A DNA stretch of 64,000 nucleotides, taken from positions 8,556,001 through 8,620,000 of the forward strand of contig CM022679.1 in assembly GCA_012295275.1 (NCBI GenBank). Direction: 5' to 3'. Under the pieces are notes generated by a model, which searched no databases, was not told where the DNA came from, and saw only the letters and a program-made list of their open reading frames with translations. The DNA is from Chrysomallon squamiferum. Lineage: Eukaryota; Animalia; Mollusca. The number at the start of each line of letters is the position of its first letter. The stretch's first letter is position 1. Shown one piece after another: positions 62,812-64,000 of the stretch. Made by a program: the position numbers and the translations under genes.

Positions 62812-64000
62812 TAATGCATTATAACTAATCTATTTTACTTGCTGTAAGAATAAATGAACTGCTGCCAAATGATGTCCACTAAATATAAAAACTGGTTGTA
62901 ATGCATTTTCATTTAATATTCATTATATTATTTCTGTTGTATTATTTAAAGAAAAATATACACAGAAGTTCTACATCTATCTTTAATCGTATTTTTTTCC
63001 ATTCTGTAAGTAATTAATGCACCTTTTCTTGGCAACTTTGTCATTGTTTATCATAATTTATTATGATAAACATAGTTTCATCGTTAATGGTTGACTATAA
63101 TTACTTTATTAATTTCATCACTTAAAAGTTTAAAAACAGAATATACTGCCTTACTTATTTATAAGACACAGCAGAATTTCATATTAATAAAAAGTAAATG
63201 AAAATTTAAAAAATAGCTGTCATAATCAGTTATAAAGTAAAATTATGAATTTTAAAATGAGATTAATTAAATAGAATTAGTTTAATGGTTAATGTATTTA
63301 ACTTTCAATAGCAATGTCAAAGAAGAACCAGTGTCCAGCAGAAAATACTTAATTTCCACTGAATATACTTTGCTGTTTCCATTCATATTTCAGCAATTTT
63401 GACATCTTTACCCATGGTGGGGATGTCAGATTGAATTAACTGGAAATGTTAGGTTTCCTAAATCATCAATTATGTTCTGATGTCTAATTATGTTTGTTAA
63501 TAAAATCTGATGAAATAAAAATATCCTTCAATCTTTTTCATTGTTGTAGTAAGTTGCAACAAATTTTGATTTTTTTTTTTTGTTGAAACATAATTGTCTG
63601 CATATGCTTTATTTATTATTAGGTGTAAAATAACCTACTTAACAAATCTAAAGTCAGATTTTGTTGGTCAAATGATTTTTCAAATATTTAATAAATAAAC
63701 AAAATAACTAGTAATTCTTGAGGAATTTTGGGCCCCATTTATTAACAAAAATAGTAAAGTTATTTCTTATTAAATTACATGAATCAATTTATGTTGATTT
63801 CTCTGTGATTGTGTTATATATTCTAAATATCAAACAACAAAACGTTCTTCTTTTATCAAAATCACAATATTTTTAATAAAAAATGTCTACTGTTAAATTA
63901 TCACTCAAGAGAAATAAAATACCCATAACTTATAATTATCCAAACGTTTGTACAAGTTCCATTGAGCTTAAAGGTTAATTTTAATCTATAGGACTATACA

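Overview
AT-rich, intron-containing animal genomic DNA with many (ATT)n, (AC)n and (CT)n microsatellites. It looks like a marine invertebrate, plausibly a mollusc (inference from composition, intron style and transposon types; not provable here). Gene order: (1) a minus-strand ORF of at least 780 codons that runs off the left edge, with an N-terminal four-TM CD20/MS4A-like domain and a long disordered LPPY-containing tail (ENTREP/FAM189-like); (2) head-to-head with it, a 6-coding-exon PSMD10/gankyrin gene; (3) a possible small spliced minus-strand transcript at about 7.3-9.2 kb; (4) a 4-5 kb tandem duplication, each copy carrying an intronless, TATA-preceded gene for a secreted single-domain CBM6/CBM35-like protein, plus Tc1/mariner (pogo/Tigger-type) elements, with a Gypsy gag remnant between the copies; (5) an ACSL1/5/6-type long-chain acyl-CoA ligase with 21 reconstructed coding exons and one apparent +1 frameshift in an A-run; (6) a convergent 12-coding-exon NDST (sulfateless) gene with a uAUG-rich leader; (7) a 2.84 kb Sola2-like DNA transposon with about 620 bp TIRs and a TAAT target duplication. 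The best candidate for novel biology is the rapidly diverged pair of intronless secreted carbohydrate-binding-module proteins. All exon calls were made by manual translation; no database searches were possible.
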